From Mobula hypostoma (Eukaryota): a stretch of DNA of 64,000 bases. Numbering within the stretch: position 1 is the stretch's first letter; every line of letters starts with the position of its first letter. A model generated the notes under the pieces. The model was not told where the DNA came from, did no database searches, and was given only the letters and a program-made list of their open reading frames with translations. The stretch lies in contig NC_086097.1 in assembly GCF_963921235.1 (NCBI RefSeq), forward strand, positions 211,546,001-211,610,000, read 5' to 3'. Below are positions 12,521 through 25,371 of the stretch, one piece after another. A program made the position numbers and the translations under genes.

Positions 12521-12830
12521 TCTGCTGACCACACCAAGCTGTTACACGGTTTATTCAGTTACTTTCAGCAAGTTACTGCAAAAAACGAAGCAATGGAGCT
12601 CTCTGGATGAATGCAGTGACATTGGAAAATCCTGGTCGTATGCTGTGTGGAAAGATGTTGTTTATAATATTTCTTAGTCAGCTCTTTTCTGCAAAAAAAA
12701 AAGCAGCAGAAGGTTTTCCTTCATTTTTTTTCTTTGAGAGTTGAGAACTCCTTCAAGAGCCCTTATTAGTTACCACTGACAGGCTATCCAAATCTCTCCG
12801 GAGGTGACTTTGGTGCACTTGCTGTATTTT

Positions 12831-15800
12831 GACCGTAAGACATAGGAGCGGAATTGGGCCATTTGGCCCATCGAGTCCGCTCTGCCATTCAATCATGGCT
12901 TATCCTTTTTTCCTCTTCTTAACCCCATTCCCCGGGTTTCTCCCCGTAACCTTTGATGCTGTGTCCAATCAAGAACCTATCAATCTCTGCCTTGAATACA
13001 CCCAGCAACGAGGCCTCTACAGCTGCCTGTGGTAACAGATTCCACAAATTCACCACCCTCTGGCGAAAGAAATGTCTCCGCATCTCTGTTTTGAAAGGAT
13101 GCCCCTCTGTCCTGAGGCTGTACCCTCTTGTCCTGGACTCCCCCACCATGGGAAACATCCTTTCCACATATATTCTGTCTAGGCATTTTAACATACAAAA
13201 GGTTTCAATGAGATCCCCACTCATCCTTTTAAATTCCAGCAAGTACAGACCCAGAGCCATCAAACGTTCCTCGTATGTTAACCCTTTCATTCCTGGAATC
13301 ATCCTTGTGACCCGCCTCTGGACCCTCTCCAATGCCAGCACATCTTTTCTAAGATGGGGCCTAAAACCGTTCACAATACTCATGGTGAGGCCTTGCCAGT
13401 GCCTACTTAAGCCTCCGCATCCCATCCTTGCTCTTGCATTCTAGACCTTTTGAACTGAATGCTAACATAGCATTTGCCTTCATCACCACCGACTCAACTT
13501 GCAAGTTAACCTTTAGGTGTTCTGCACAAGGACACCCAAGTCCCTTTGCATCTCAAATTATTGGGTTTTCTCCCTGTTTAGAAAATAGGCTGTACATTTA
13601 TTTCTACTACCAAAGTGCATGACCATGTATTTTCCAACATTGTATTTCATTTGCCACTTTCTTGCCCATTCTCCTAATCCAGCGGTCCCCAACCACTGGG
13701 CCGCGGACCGGTACCGGGCCGCAGAGCATGTGCTACCGGGCTGCGAGGAAACGATATGATTTGGCGATATGAGTTCGCTGCACCTTTCCTCATTCCCTGT
13801 CACAGCCACTGTTGAGCTTGAACACACGCGAGGTCATGACCTGCATGTCATCCATGTCAGTGCGGGAAGGAGATCAACTCCTCGAGCTTGCAAATGGCGG
13901 CGGGCTAAGAAGTATGTTTGACATAACATCTCTGCCGGCATTCCGGATCAAAGTCAAGGCTGAATATCCTGAAATAGTCACAAAAGCACTGAAAATGTTG
14001 CTTCCATTTCCAACATATCTCTGCAATGAATGTAATGAAAACTAAATTGCGGAATAGACTGGACATAAGGAATCCCCTTCGAGTATCGCTGTCCCCCATC
14101 ACCCCTCGATAGGACCGTCTTGTTGCAGGAAAACAAGCCCAGGGCTCCCACTGATTCAGCGATATTGGTGTGTTGCAATGATTTTATATGTTCATACGGG
14201 GAAAATATGTGCTGTGTGTTTAATATCCAAACGTTACTTAAAATGTTATGATGCTATTGTCTTATATAACCATATAACAATTACAGCACGGAGACAGGCA
14301 ATCTCAGCCCTTCTAGTCCGTGCCGGACGTTACTCTCACCTAGTCCCACCGACCTGCACTCAGTCCGTAACCCTGCGTTCCTCTCCTGTCCATATACCCA
14401 TCCAATTTAATATCGAACTTACCTCTAACCACTTCTACTGGAAGTTCGTTCAACACTTACTTCAAGCTCCCCTGTCCTCCCCTGATAATTGACTTATCGC
14501 TATATTCATGCAAGAAAAATATGCGCTGTGTGTTTAATATTAAATTCATTAGATAACCCTTTGAGAGACGAAATTGAGTGTATTGGCCACTTATCACCTC
14601 TATTGCGGTCGTGATTAACACCCCCCACCCCCGAACAGAATCGCCAAAAAAAAGGCAGAAAAAATCGGTGCGAACACGCATCCGCAAGTCACACATGTGC
14701 ACTGGTGCCCGTGCAAGGCTTCATGGTCATTGTAGTCTTTCTCGGGGTAAATCCAACGTTTTGACTGCTACTCTTGTCCGTTGGCAACCCTACCCCCCCC
14801 CCCCCCCACCGGTCGGCCGGTCCGCAAGAACATTGTCAATGTGAAACTGGTCCGCAGTGCAAAAAAGGTTGGGGACCCCTGTCCTAATCTGTCCAAGTCC
14901 TTCTGCATCCTATCTGTTTCCTCAACACTACCTGCCTCTACACCAATCTTTGTATCATCGGCAAACTTATCAACAAAGCCATCTATTCTATCATCCAAAT
15001 CATTTATATACAACATAAAAAGAAGTGGTCCCAAAACCAACCCCTGCGGAACACCACGAGTCAGTAGCAGTCGACCAGAAAAGGATGCTTTAACTCCCAC
15101 TTGCTGCCTCCTACCAATCAGCCAATGCTCTAACCATGTTAGTAACTTTCCTGTAATACCATGGGCTCTTAACTTGGTAAGCAGCCTCATGTGGTACCTT
15201 GTCAGAGGCTTTCTGGAAGTCCAGATGTACAACATCCACTGCATCCCCTTTATCTATCCTACTTGTAATCTCCTCAAAGAATTTCAACAGGTTTATCAGG
15301 CAGTATTTTCCCTGAAGAAAACCACGCTGACTTTGTACTATCTTTTCCTGTGTCAGCAAGTACTCCATCACCTCATTCTTAACAATTGACTCTTAACATC
15401 TTCCCAACCACTGAGGTCAGGCAATATTTCTTCCTCAAAGAATTCCAACAGATTTGTCAGGCAAGATTTCTCTATGCTGACTTTGGTCTATTATGCACCT
15501 TCAAGTACCCCGAAACCTCATCCTTACTAATGGACTCCAACCTCTTCCCAACCACTGAAGTCGGGTTACTGGCTTATAGTTTTCTTTCTTCTGCCTCCCT
15601 CCCTTCTTAAGAACTGGAGTGACATTTGCAACTTTTCAATCCACTGGAACCATTCCAGAATCTCATGATTCTTGAAAGATCATTTGTAATGCCTCCACAT
15701 TCTCTTCAGCTATGTAGTCCACTGGCTTCAGGTGACTTCCCTACCTTCCGATCCTTCAGCTTCCCATGCACCTTCCCCTTACTTACAGCAATTACAGTCA

Positions 15801-16560
15801 CTTCTGCCCCCAATACTCTCGAATTTCTGGCATACCGCTAATGTCTTCCACTACAAAGACAGATGCGAAATGCTTTTACGTTCGTCGGCCATTTCTTTGT
15901 CCCAAATTAACTACCTCCAGTGTCATTTTCCAGTGGTCCAATTTCTACTCTCAGCTTTCTTTTACTCTTTATAAATCTGAAAAAAGAACATTTGGTATCC
16001 TTTTTGATATTATTAGCTAGCTGGCCTTCATATTTCATCATTTCTATCCTTATTTTTTTTTAAATTGCAATCTGTTGGTTTTAGAAGCTTCCCAATCCTC
16101 TAACTTCCTACAATTTGACTTCCCATATCAGCCATGCTTCCCTCATCCTCTCTTTAGAATACTTCTTAATCTTTGGGATGTACCTTTCCTGCGCCTTCCG
16201 AATTGTTCCCAGAAACTTCAGCCATTGCTGTTCTGCCGTCATCCCTGCGAGTGTCCGAATTTGGATCAACTTGTGCCAGCTCCTCTGTCATGCCTCTGTA
16301 ATTCCCTTTACTCCACTGTAATAATGATATATCTGACTTTATCTTCTTCCTTTCAAACTGCTGGATGAATTCTATCATAGCATGATCACCGCCTCCTAAG
16401 GGTTCCTTTACCTTAAGCTCCTTAATCAAATTTGGTTCATTACACAATATCCAATCCAGAATTGCCTTTCCCCTTGTGAGTTCAACCACAAGCTGCTCCA
16501 AAAAGCCATCTCATAGGTATTTTGCAAATTCTCTCTTTTGGGGTCCACCACGAACCTGAT
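12831..16560 (-). mobile_element. CR1 LINE ORF2 (endonuclease-RT), degenerate, interrupted by a hAT element
   Basis: TRGKAILDWILCN..EPLGGGDH (endonuclease), GVPQGLVLGPLLFMLYINDLD..KFADDTK (RT), LERVQRRVTRMIPGMKGL..VVNLWNLLP (C-terminus). Reading continues across 13680-14881 (DLDRLG|EWARKWQM). Confidence 0.92.
13680..14881 (+). mobile_element. Non-autonomous hAT-Charlie DNA transposon (MER1/Charlie3-like)
   Basis: TIRs cagcggtccccaacc / ggttggggacccctg. Exact 8-bp TSD tcctaatc (13672-13679, 14882-14889). hAT dimerisation-domain remnant IKVKAEYPEIVTKALKMLLPFPT-YLC...GKQAQGSH. Confidence 0.93.
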
Positions 16561-16749
16561 TTTCCTGATCTGCTTGCATATTTTTCCCCTGTGTTACACT
16601 TCAACTCATCCCATTGACTGCAATTTTGTCCTTCCTCAGTCTCATTACACACTGTATCTACTTGCATACAAACTGCCCCATTCTCAGCTCTGTCACTTCA
16701 GTTTCCATCCCCCTGCCATGTCGACTGTTCATTCAATTCCATAGATGCT

Positions 16750-17320
16750 GCCCATTCCCATTCCGATATGTCCATCCATGGCAGCCTCCACTGTCATGAT
16801 GAAGCCACACTTAGATTGGAGGAACAGCACCTTTATTCCGTTTTGGTAGCCTCCAACCTGATGGCATGAACATTGATTTTTCAAACTTCTGGTAATGCGC
16901 TCCACACTCCTTCCTTCACCATTTCCCATCCCTTTTTCCCTCTCTCACCTTATCTCCTTGCCCACCCGTCACCTCCCTCTGGTACTCCCCGCTTTTCCTT
17001 TCTTCTATGGCCTTCTGTCTCTTTCTCCAATCAACTTCCCAGCTGTCTACTTCATCCCTCCCCCTCCAGGTTTCACCTATAACCTGTGTTTCTCTCTCCC
17101 CTCCCCACAGTTTTTAAACCTACTCCTCAGCTTTTTTTCTCCAGTCCTGTTGAAGGGTTTCGACCCAAAAAGTCAACTATGCTCTTTTCCATAGATGCTG
17201 CCTGACCTGCTGAGTTCCTCTAGCATTTTGTGTGTGTTGCTTGGGTTTCCAGAAATTTTCTCTTGTTTGTTGCTGCCTGACCTGCTGAGTTCCTCCAGCA
17301 TTTTATTTTGTGTATTGCTT
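16750..17320 (+). mobile_element. PLE 3' fragment with mutated hammerhead (17142-17179) and duplicated tail
   Basis: HDEATLRLEEQHL.F..GSLQPDGMNIDF, a pyrimidine-rich UTR, and gctgcctgacctgctgagttcctc present twice. Confidence 0.8.
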
Positions 17321-17462
17321 AGCAGTTTGACACTAGACCAGCGATTTCCAGGTTGTGAATGCAAATAGCAAATGCATTTCTAAAAGATGTACTCAAAGAA
17401 GAGAGATACTGGATTTTCTCTACAATTTTTACAAAATTGTCAATTTACAAAAGAGGCACTAC

Positions 17463-18040
17463 ATTAGATTAGATTCAACTTTATTTTCATTGTGCCGAGT
17501 ACAGATACAAAGCCAATGAGGTGCAGTTAGCATTTAACCAGAAATGCAAAGAATAGTGTTACTTACAAAATAACTGCGAATAAAAAGTAAATGCTACAGC
17601 ACACAAATATAAAAGTACTGAGACAGTACAATATGGGTGCAATACTGCTTAGACGTGTGATGTGAGGTTCAGCAGGGTCACAGCCTCGGGGAAGAAGCTC
17701 TTCCTGTGCCTACTGGTGCAGGGGCAGAGACTTCTGTAGCACCTACGGGACGGGAGGAGAGTAAAAAGTCCATGGCTAGGCTGAGATGTATCCTTGATAA
17801 TGCTTTTCCACCCTGCCCAGGCAGCATTTATGGTAGATGTTCTCAATGGTGGGCAATTGGGTGCCAATAATCGGCTAGGCAGTTTTCACCACATGCTGGA
17901 GTGCTTTGCGTTCCGATACGGGACAGTTGCCATACCACACTGAGATGCAGTTGGTGAGTATACTCTCAATGGTACAGCGGTAAAAGTCCGTCACTATCCT
18001 GGGACAGAGGTGAGCTTTCTTCATGCTCCGCAGGAAATAA
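17463..18040 (-). mobile_element. Rex1/Babar LINE 3' fragment
   Basis: SIIKDTSQPSHGLFTLLPSRRCYRSL..SFFPEAVTLLN and a (aatct)n-type tail. Confidence 0.8.
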
Positions 18041-19668
18041 ACCATTAATACCTGTCCCTCTTCTCTTTACAGCAAACTTGATTTTCTCTACTGTAGCCCT
18101 CTGGTTTTCTGCTTCCTCTAGCAAATGTTTTCATAATCAGAATTTCCCATGGAAAAGCCTCTTGTTAACCTCACCATTATCCAGCATCCAAAGCAGTCCT
18201 CACAGATGAAGCAGCAATTCATTGGCATTTCTTCCAATTTAGTGTTCTGTATCAATGTCCTCTTGTGGTCTCCTCTTCAGCGGAGAAATCTGATGCACAT
18301 TCGGTGACTGTTCGCAGAATAAATCCCTCTGAGATCACAGTGCTGACCTTTTTTTTAAATTTGGTTCTTTAATTTTCTGCCTCATTCTTGTTCTCCTTTC
18401 TTTGGGCTCTCATGCTTTTGCAACACAGCCTGGTTGTAAGCTTGAGGAATAGTAGTTCATTGTTCATCTGGACACATTACTGTTCTTTACCTGATTTGAA
18501 CGTCATAATTTTAGGTTTTTCTGCGTATCACAGCCCTGTAACATTGGCATTGTCTCCCATAGATGTTATCAAACTCTCTGAGTATTTCCAGCAACTCTTG
18601 TCATAGAGTCATGGAGAAGTACAGCACAGAAACCGGCTCTTCAGCCCGTCTGCTCCATGCCACCCCATTTAAACTACCCACTCCCATCCACCTGCAACAG
18701 GGCCTTAGTCCTCTATACCCCTACTATCCATGAACGTATCCAAACTTCGCTTGAACATTGAAATCAACCTCACATGCATCATTTGCTTTGGCAGCTCATT
18801 CCACATCACAGCTTTCTGAGTAAAGAAGTTTCCCCTCAGGTTCCCCTGAAACTTTTCACCTTTCACCCTTAACCCATGACTTCTGATTGTACTCCACCCA
18901 ACCTCAGTTGAAAAAGCCTGCTTGCATTTACCCATCTTTTTCCCTCATAATTTTGTATACCTCTATCAAATCTCCTCTCAGTCTTCTATATTATATGGAA
19001 TAGTCCTAAGCTAGTCAATCTTTCCTTATAAATCAGGTCCTCCAAACCCAGCAACGTCCTTGTAAATTTTCTCTGTACTCTTTCGATCTTACATCTTTCT
19101 TGTAGGTCAGTGACCAAAACTGTAAACAATACTGCAAATTAACCCTCACCAATGTTTTATACAACTTCAACATAGCATCCCATCTCTTGTACCCAATACG
19201 TTGATTTAAGAAGGCCAATGTGCCAAAAGCTTTCTCTACAACGCTATCTACCCATGATGACACTTTCAATGAACTGTGGACCTGTATTCCCAGATCCCTT
19301 TGTTCTACCACACTCCTCTGCTCTACCATTCACTGTGCAGACCTACCCTGGCTGGTCCTACTGAAGTGCAAAACCTCACGTGTCTGTGTCAAATTCCATC
19401 TGCCATTTTTCCAGCTGATGCAGATCTCTCTGTAAGCCATGATAGTCTTCCTTGCGGTGCACTACACCCCCAGTCTTGGTGTCATCTGCAAATTTGCTGG
19501 TCCAGTTAACCACACTATCATCCAGATCATTGATACAGATGACAAACAACAATGGACCCAACATCAATCCCTGCAGAACGCCTGTAGTCACAGGCCCCCA
19601 ATCAGAGTGGCAACCCTTTACAACCACTCTCTAGCTTCTCCCTCAAAGCTAATGTCTAATACAATTTA

Positions 19669-19767
19669 ACCGCAACGCACAAAATGCTGAAGGAACTCAA
19701 CAGGTTAGGCAGCATCTTTGGAAATGCACAGTTGACATTTCAGGCCGTGACCCTTCATCAGGACTGA
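19669..19767 (-). ncRNA. About 97-bp PLE-terminus insert carrying a hammerhead motif (19729-19766)
   Basis: Reverse complement cagtc-CTGATGA-agggtcacggcct-GAAA-t-GTC-aactg. Interrupts the CR1 RT sequence. Confidence 0.7.
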
Positions 19768-20440
19768 CCAAATTTACTACATCATCTTGAATACCGAGTG
19801 ATTGAACCATCTTGACTAAAATCCCATGTGGGGCCTTGTCAGATGCCTTGCTAAAGTCTATGTACACAACATTCACTGCTTTGCCTTCATCAATTTTCCT
19901 GGTAACTTCCTTGAAAATCTCTGTAAGATTGGTTAGACGTGTCCTGCCACGGGCTATCCTTAATCAGTCCACATCTATTGAAAGACTCATATCCGGTCCC
20001 TTAGAATACCTTCCAATATCTTTCCCACTACGGATGTCAGGCTCATAACTTGCTGGTTTATTTTTGAGCCTTCTTGAACAACAGAACACTGGCTATGCTC
20101 CAGTCCTCTGGTGCCTCACCTGTTGCTAAGGATGATTGACTAAGGCCCCAGCAATTTCTGCACTTGCCTCCTGTAGGATCCAAGGGATCACCTTGTCAGG
20201 CCCTGGACATTTATCCACCTTGATTTGCCTTGAGATAGCAAACAGCCCATCCTCTGTAATCTGTACAGGGTCCATGAAGTTGATGCCGCTTTGCCACATT
20301 TCTATAGACTCTGTGTCCATCTCCTGATTAAATGGAGATACAAGATAGTTATTTAGGATCTCCCCCCATCTGTTTTGGCTCCACGCATGGACTATTGTTC
20401 TGATCTTCTGGAGGACCAATTTTGGCCGTTGCAATCCTTT

Positions 20441-23400
20441 TAGACCATAAGATATAGGAAAGAAGTAGGCTATTCAGCCCATCGAGTCTGCTCTGCTATT
20501 CAATCATGGCTGATCCAATTCTTCCAGTCATCCCCACTCCCCCTGCTTTCACCCCATACGCTTTGATGTCCTGGCTATTCCAGAATCTATCTATCTCTGC
20601 CTTAAATTTACCCACTGACTTGGCTTCCACAGCTGCTCGTGGCAGTAAATTCCACAGATTTACCAACCTCTGACTAAGGTAATTTCTCCACATCTCTGTT
20701 CTAAACGGACATCCTTCAACCCTGAAGTCGTGCCCTCTTGTCCTAGAATCCCCCACCATAGGAAAAATCATTGCCATATCTAATCTGTTCAGGCCTTTTG
20801 AGTTTCGGAATGTTTCTATGAGATCCCCACTTTATTCTCCTGAGCTCCAGGGAATATAGCCCAAGAGCTGCCAGACGTTCTTCATATGGTAATCTTTTCA
20901 CTCCTGGAATCATTCTTGTGAATCTTCTCTGAACCCTCACCAATGTCAGTATATCCTTTCTAAAATAAGGAGCCCAAAACAGCACACCATACTCCAAGTG
21001 TGGTCTCACGAGTGCCTTATAGAGTCTCAACATCACATCCCTGCTCTTATATTCTATACCTCTAGAAATGAATGCCAACATTGCATTCACCTTCTTCACA
21101 ACCGACTCAATCTGCAGGTTAACTCTTAGGGTATCTTGCACAAGGACTCTCAAGTCCCTTTGCATCTCTGCATTTTGAATTCTCTCCCCATCTAAATAAT
21201 AGTCTGCCCGTTTACTTCTTCCACCAAAATGCATGATTATACACTTTCCAACATTGTATTTCGTTTGCCACTGCTTTGCCCATTACCCTAAACTATCTAA
21301 GTCTCTCTGCAGGCTCTCTGTTTCCTCAACACTACTCACTCCTCCAACTATCTTTGTATCATCGGCAAATTTAACCACAAGTCCATTAATCCCATAGTCT
21401 AAATCATTGACGTACATTGTAAAAAGCAGCAGTCCCAACACCATCTCCTGTGGAACTCCACCGGTAATCGGCAGCCAGCCAGAACAGGATCCCTTTATTC
21501 CCACTCTCTGTTTTCTGCCGACCACCCAATGCTTCACCCATGCTAGTAACTCCCCTGTGATTCCCCTGGGCTCTTATCTTGCTAAGCAGTCTCATGTGCG
21601 GCACCTTGTCAAAGGCCTTCTGAAAATCCAAGTACACCACACCTCCTTTGTCTATGCTGTTTGTAATTTCCTCAAAAAATTACAGCAGGTTAGTCAGGCA
21701 GGATTTTCCTTTCAGGAAACCATGCTGGCTTTGGCTTATCTTGTCATGTCCTGCCAGGTACTCCGTAATCTCATCCTTAGCAATCGATTCCAAAAGCTTC
21801 CCAACCACTGATGTCTAGCAAACTGGTCTATAGTTTCCTTTCTGCTTCTTAAATAGTGGAGTAACATTTGCAATTTTCCAGTCATCCGGTACAATGCCAG
21901 AATCTATCGATTCTTGAAAGATCATTGTTAATACCTCCGCGATCTCTCCAGCTACTTCCTTCAGAACTCGAGGGTGCATTGCATCAGGTCCAGGAGATTT
22001 ATCCACCCTCTGACCATTAAGCATCCTGAGCACCTTCTCAGTCGCAGTTTTCACTACACATAGTTTACTTCCCTGTTGCTCGTGAATGTCTGGTATACTT
22101 CAGATGTCTTCCACTGTGAAGACTGATGCGAAATACACATTCAGTTCCTCTACCATCTCTGCGTCTCTCATTACAATGTCTCCAGTGTCATTTTCTATTG
22201 ATCCTATATCTACCCGACTCTCTTTTACACTTTATACACTTAAAAAAAGCTTTTAGTATCTTCCTTGATATTAGTTGCCAGCTTCCTTTCATAATTTATC
22301 TTTTCCTTCCTAATGACCTTCTTAATTTCCTTCTGCAAATTTTTAAAAGCTCCCCAATCCTCTATCTTCCCACTAGCTTTGGCTTCCTTGTATGCCCTCT
22401 TATTTGCTTTTACTTTGGCTCTAACTTCACTTGTCAGCCATGGTAGTGTCCTCCTTCCATTCAAAATTTTCTTCTTATTTAGAATATATCTGTCTTGCAC
22501 TTCCCTCACTTTTCGTAGAAACTCTAGTCATTGCTGCTTTGCTGTCCTTCCTGCTAGTGTCCCTTTCTAGTCAACCTTGTCCAGTTCCCCTCTCATGCTA
22601 TTGTAATTTCCTTTATTCTACTGAAATACTGACACATTGGAATTTAGTTTCTCCTTCTCAAATTTCAAAGTGAACTCAATCATATTGTGATCACTGTCTC
22701 CTAGGGGTTCCTTAACCTTAAGCTCTCTTATTACCTCCGGATCATTGCACAACACCCAATCCAGCACTGCCGATCCCTTAGGGGGCTGAACAACCTGTTC
22801 TAAAAAGCCATCTCTTGATGTTCTACAGACTTTCTCCTGAGGTCCAGTACTGGCTTGGTTTTCTTAATCCACTTTTGTTTAAAATCCTCAACCATTATCA
22901 TGACATTGCCTTTCTGACACGCCTTTTCTATCTCCTGCTGTAATTTGTAATCCACATCCTGGCTGCTGTTTGGAGGCCTGTATACAACTGTCATTCGGGT
23001 CCTTTTACCCTTGCCATTTCTTCACTCAACTCATGGAGACTCTGCACGTTTCCGATCCTTTGTCATCCCTTTCTAATGATTTAATATTATTTCTCATACA
23101 CAGGGCCACACCACCCCCTCTGCCTACTAACCTATCTTTCTGATACACTATATATCCTTGGACATTCAACTCCCAATGGCAGCCGTCCTTTAGCCAAGTT
23201 TCAGAGATGGCCACAACGTCGTACTTGCCAATCTGTAGCTGAATTTCAAGATCGTCCATCTTATTTCTTATGCTGCATGCATTCAAATACAACACTTTCA
23301 GTCCAGTATTTGTTGCTTTCTGTTTTAACTGCACCATGCCTCTATTGCCCTGTAACTCATCCCACTGGCTATGATAATGCCTCTTCTCCTGCTCTCCTTG

Positions 23401-24490
23401 CTATCATCTCTGTTGCATGCTATCTTTGATTTACAGTCAGCCCTCCTTATTCGTGAGGGATTTGTTCCAGGACCCCTCGCGAATACCAAAAAACGCGGAT
23501 GCTCAAGTCCCTTATTCAACCTGTTTAAATGCAGTGGACCTTAGGACCCAGCCGAACCCCGGACCTTATTTAGCCTGTCTGAGTGCGGTGGACATTAGGA
23601 CCTGGCGGCGGAGCTCCACAGTGTTTCTGTTCACGAAAATAATCACGATCGCATTTAAAATAAAGTGGAAATAATAAAGCGATCAGAAAGAGGTGAAACG
23701 CCATCGGTCATTGGAAAAGCGTTAGGCTACAGTCGGTCAACGATCGGAACAATTTAAAAGGATAAAGTGAGAAAATCCCTGCCCCAATGAACCTACAATT
23801 ATTACTAAGCAATGCAGTGGTTTCATTATTGGGTTTTGGGGTTTTGGGTTTTTGATCCTCTACATCAACCCAACAGGGATGGAGAGCGCCCTCGGGAGCG
23901 GTCTGTCACTGGATCGAACTTGGGAATTTTTGTTGCTGAGCCCGGCGCAGAAACATACGTTTCTTAAGTGTTTTATATGCATAGAAAGGTAAAATATATA
24001 CTAAGACAAACGTTTGACTAACTGATGCTAAATAATACCAGACGTACCTGTTCCGACTTACTTAGTAAGAGAACTTCTGGTTTTTTTTTCAATCCCGATC
24101 CACGATAACCTACGCACATCCTCCCGTAAACTTTAATCATCTCTAGATTACTTATAATACCTAATATGATGTAAATGCTATGTAAAATAGTTGTTGTACT
24201 GCATTGTTTAGAGAATAATGACAAGAAAAAAGAAGTCTGTACATGTTTGAACAACAAGTGCTGGAAGAGCACTTCTGGGTTGTCTCAATTCGCAGTTGGT
24301 TGAATTCGTGCATGCGGAATTCGCGGAGAAGGAGGGCCGACTGTATTTATGTTTTCCCCTTCCTCAGCCCTGTCACTCCAGTTCCCATCCCCCTGTCAAA
24401 TTAGTTCAAACCCTCCCTAACAGCTCTACTAAACCTGCCTGCTAGGATATTGGACCCTTTTGATTTCAGGTGTAACCCATCCTTTTTGTA
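20441..24490 (-). mobile_element. Near-full ORF2 CR1 LINE plus end of ORF1, degenerate
   Basis: LKVLYLNACSIRNK..VAISETWL (endonuclease), VYLDFQKAFDKVPH, YVNDLD..KFADDTK, RPHLEY. ORF1 end LYKKDGLHL..NILAGRF at about 24400-24490. Confidence 0.92.
23434..24343. mobile_element. Non-autonomous Tigger/pogo DNA transposon (MER2-like)
   Basis: 23-bp imperfect TIRs cagtcagccctccttattcgtga / tcgcggagaaggagggccgactg. TA at both flanks (23432-23433, 24344-24345). Confidence 0.9.
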
Positions 24491-25371
24491 CAGAGTACAA
24501 TGTATTTTTGCTCTTAACATACCAGTTCTTTTAACACATCAGTACTCCACTGTACTTTTGCTCTTAATATATCCCTTAGAATTCTCCTTCACTTTGTTTG
24601 CTAGAACAACCTCATGCCTTCTGTTAGCCATCCTGATTTCTTTCTTTAGTGTTCTCCTGCGCTACTTATACTCATAAGCACCTGATTTGTTCCTATCTGC
24701 TATGAACTTCTTTTCTTTCTCTTAACCAAGGCCTCAATATCTCTTGAATACCAAGGTTCCCCACACTTGCTATCTTTACATTTTATTTTGATAAGCATAT
24801 ACAAGCTTTGTACTCAAGATTTTGCTTTTGAAGAGCTCCCATTTACCAAGTACACCTTTGCCAGCAAACAGCCTGACCCAATCCACACTTGCCAGAGCAT
24901 TTCTGATACCATCAGCATTTGCCTTTCTCCGATTTAGAATCTCAACCCACGGGCCAGATGTACCTTTTTGCATATTTACTTTAAAACTAATGGCATTGTG
25001 GTCACTAGATGCAAAGTATACCCCGACACAAACTTCTGTCACCAGCCCAGCCCTGTCTTATTCCCTAAAGGCTGATCACATTCTCTCTTTGGATCTTCTA
25101 CGTACTAATTAGGGAAATTTTCCTGAACACGTGATAATCTCTATCCCATCTAGTCCTTTGACAGTATGGGAGCCCCAGTCAATATATGAAGATAAAATCA
25201 CCTACTATAACAACCATATGTTTCTTGCAACATTCTGCCATCTAACTACAAATTTCTCCCTCAAAATCCCTTGGATTCTTGTGTGGTCTGCAATATTGCC
25301 CCCTTAGCGTGGTCGTATCTTTCTTATTTCTCAGTTCCACCCATAACACTGCACTAGACGAGTTCTCCAGT

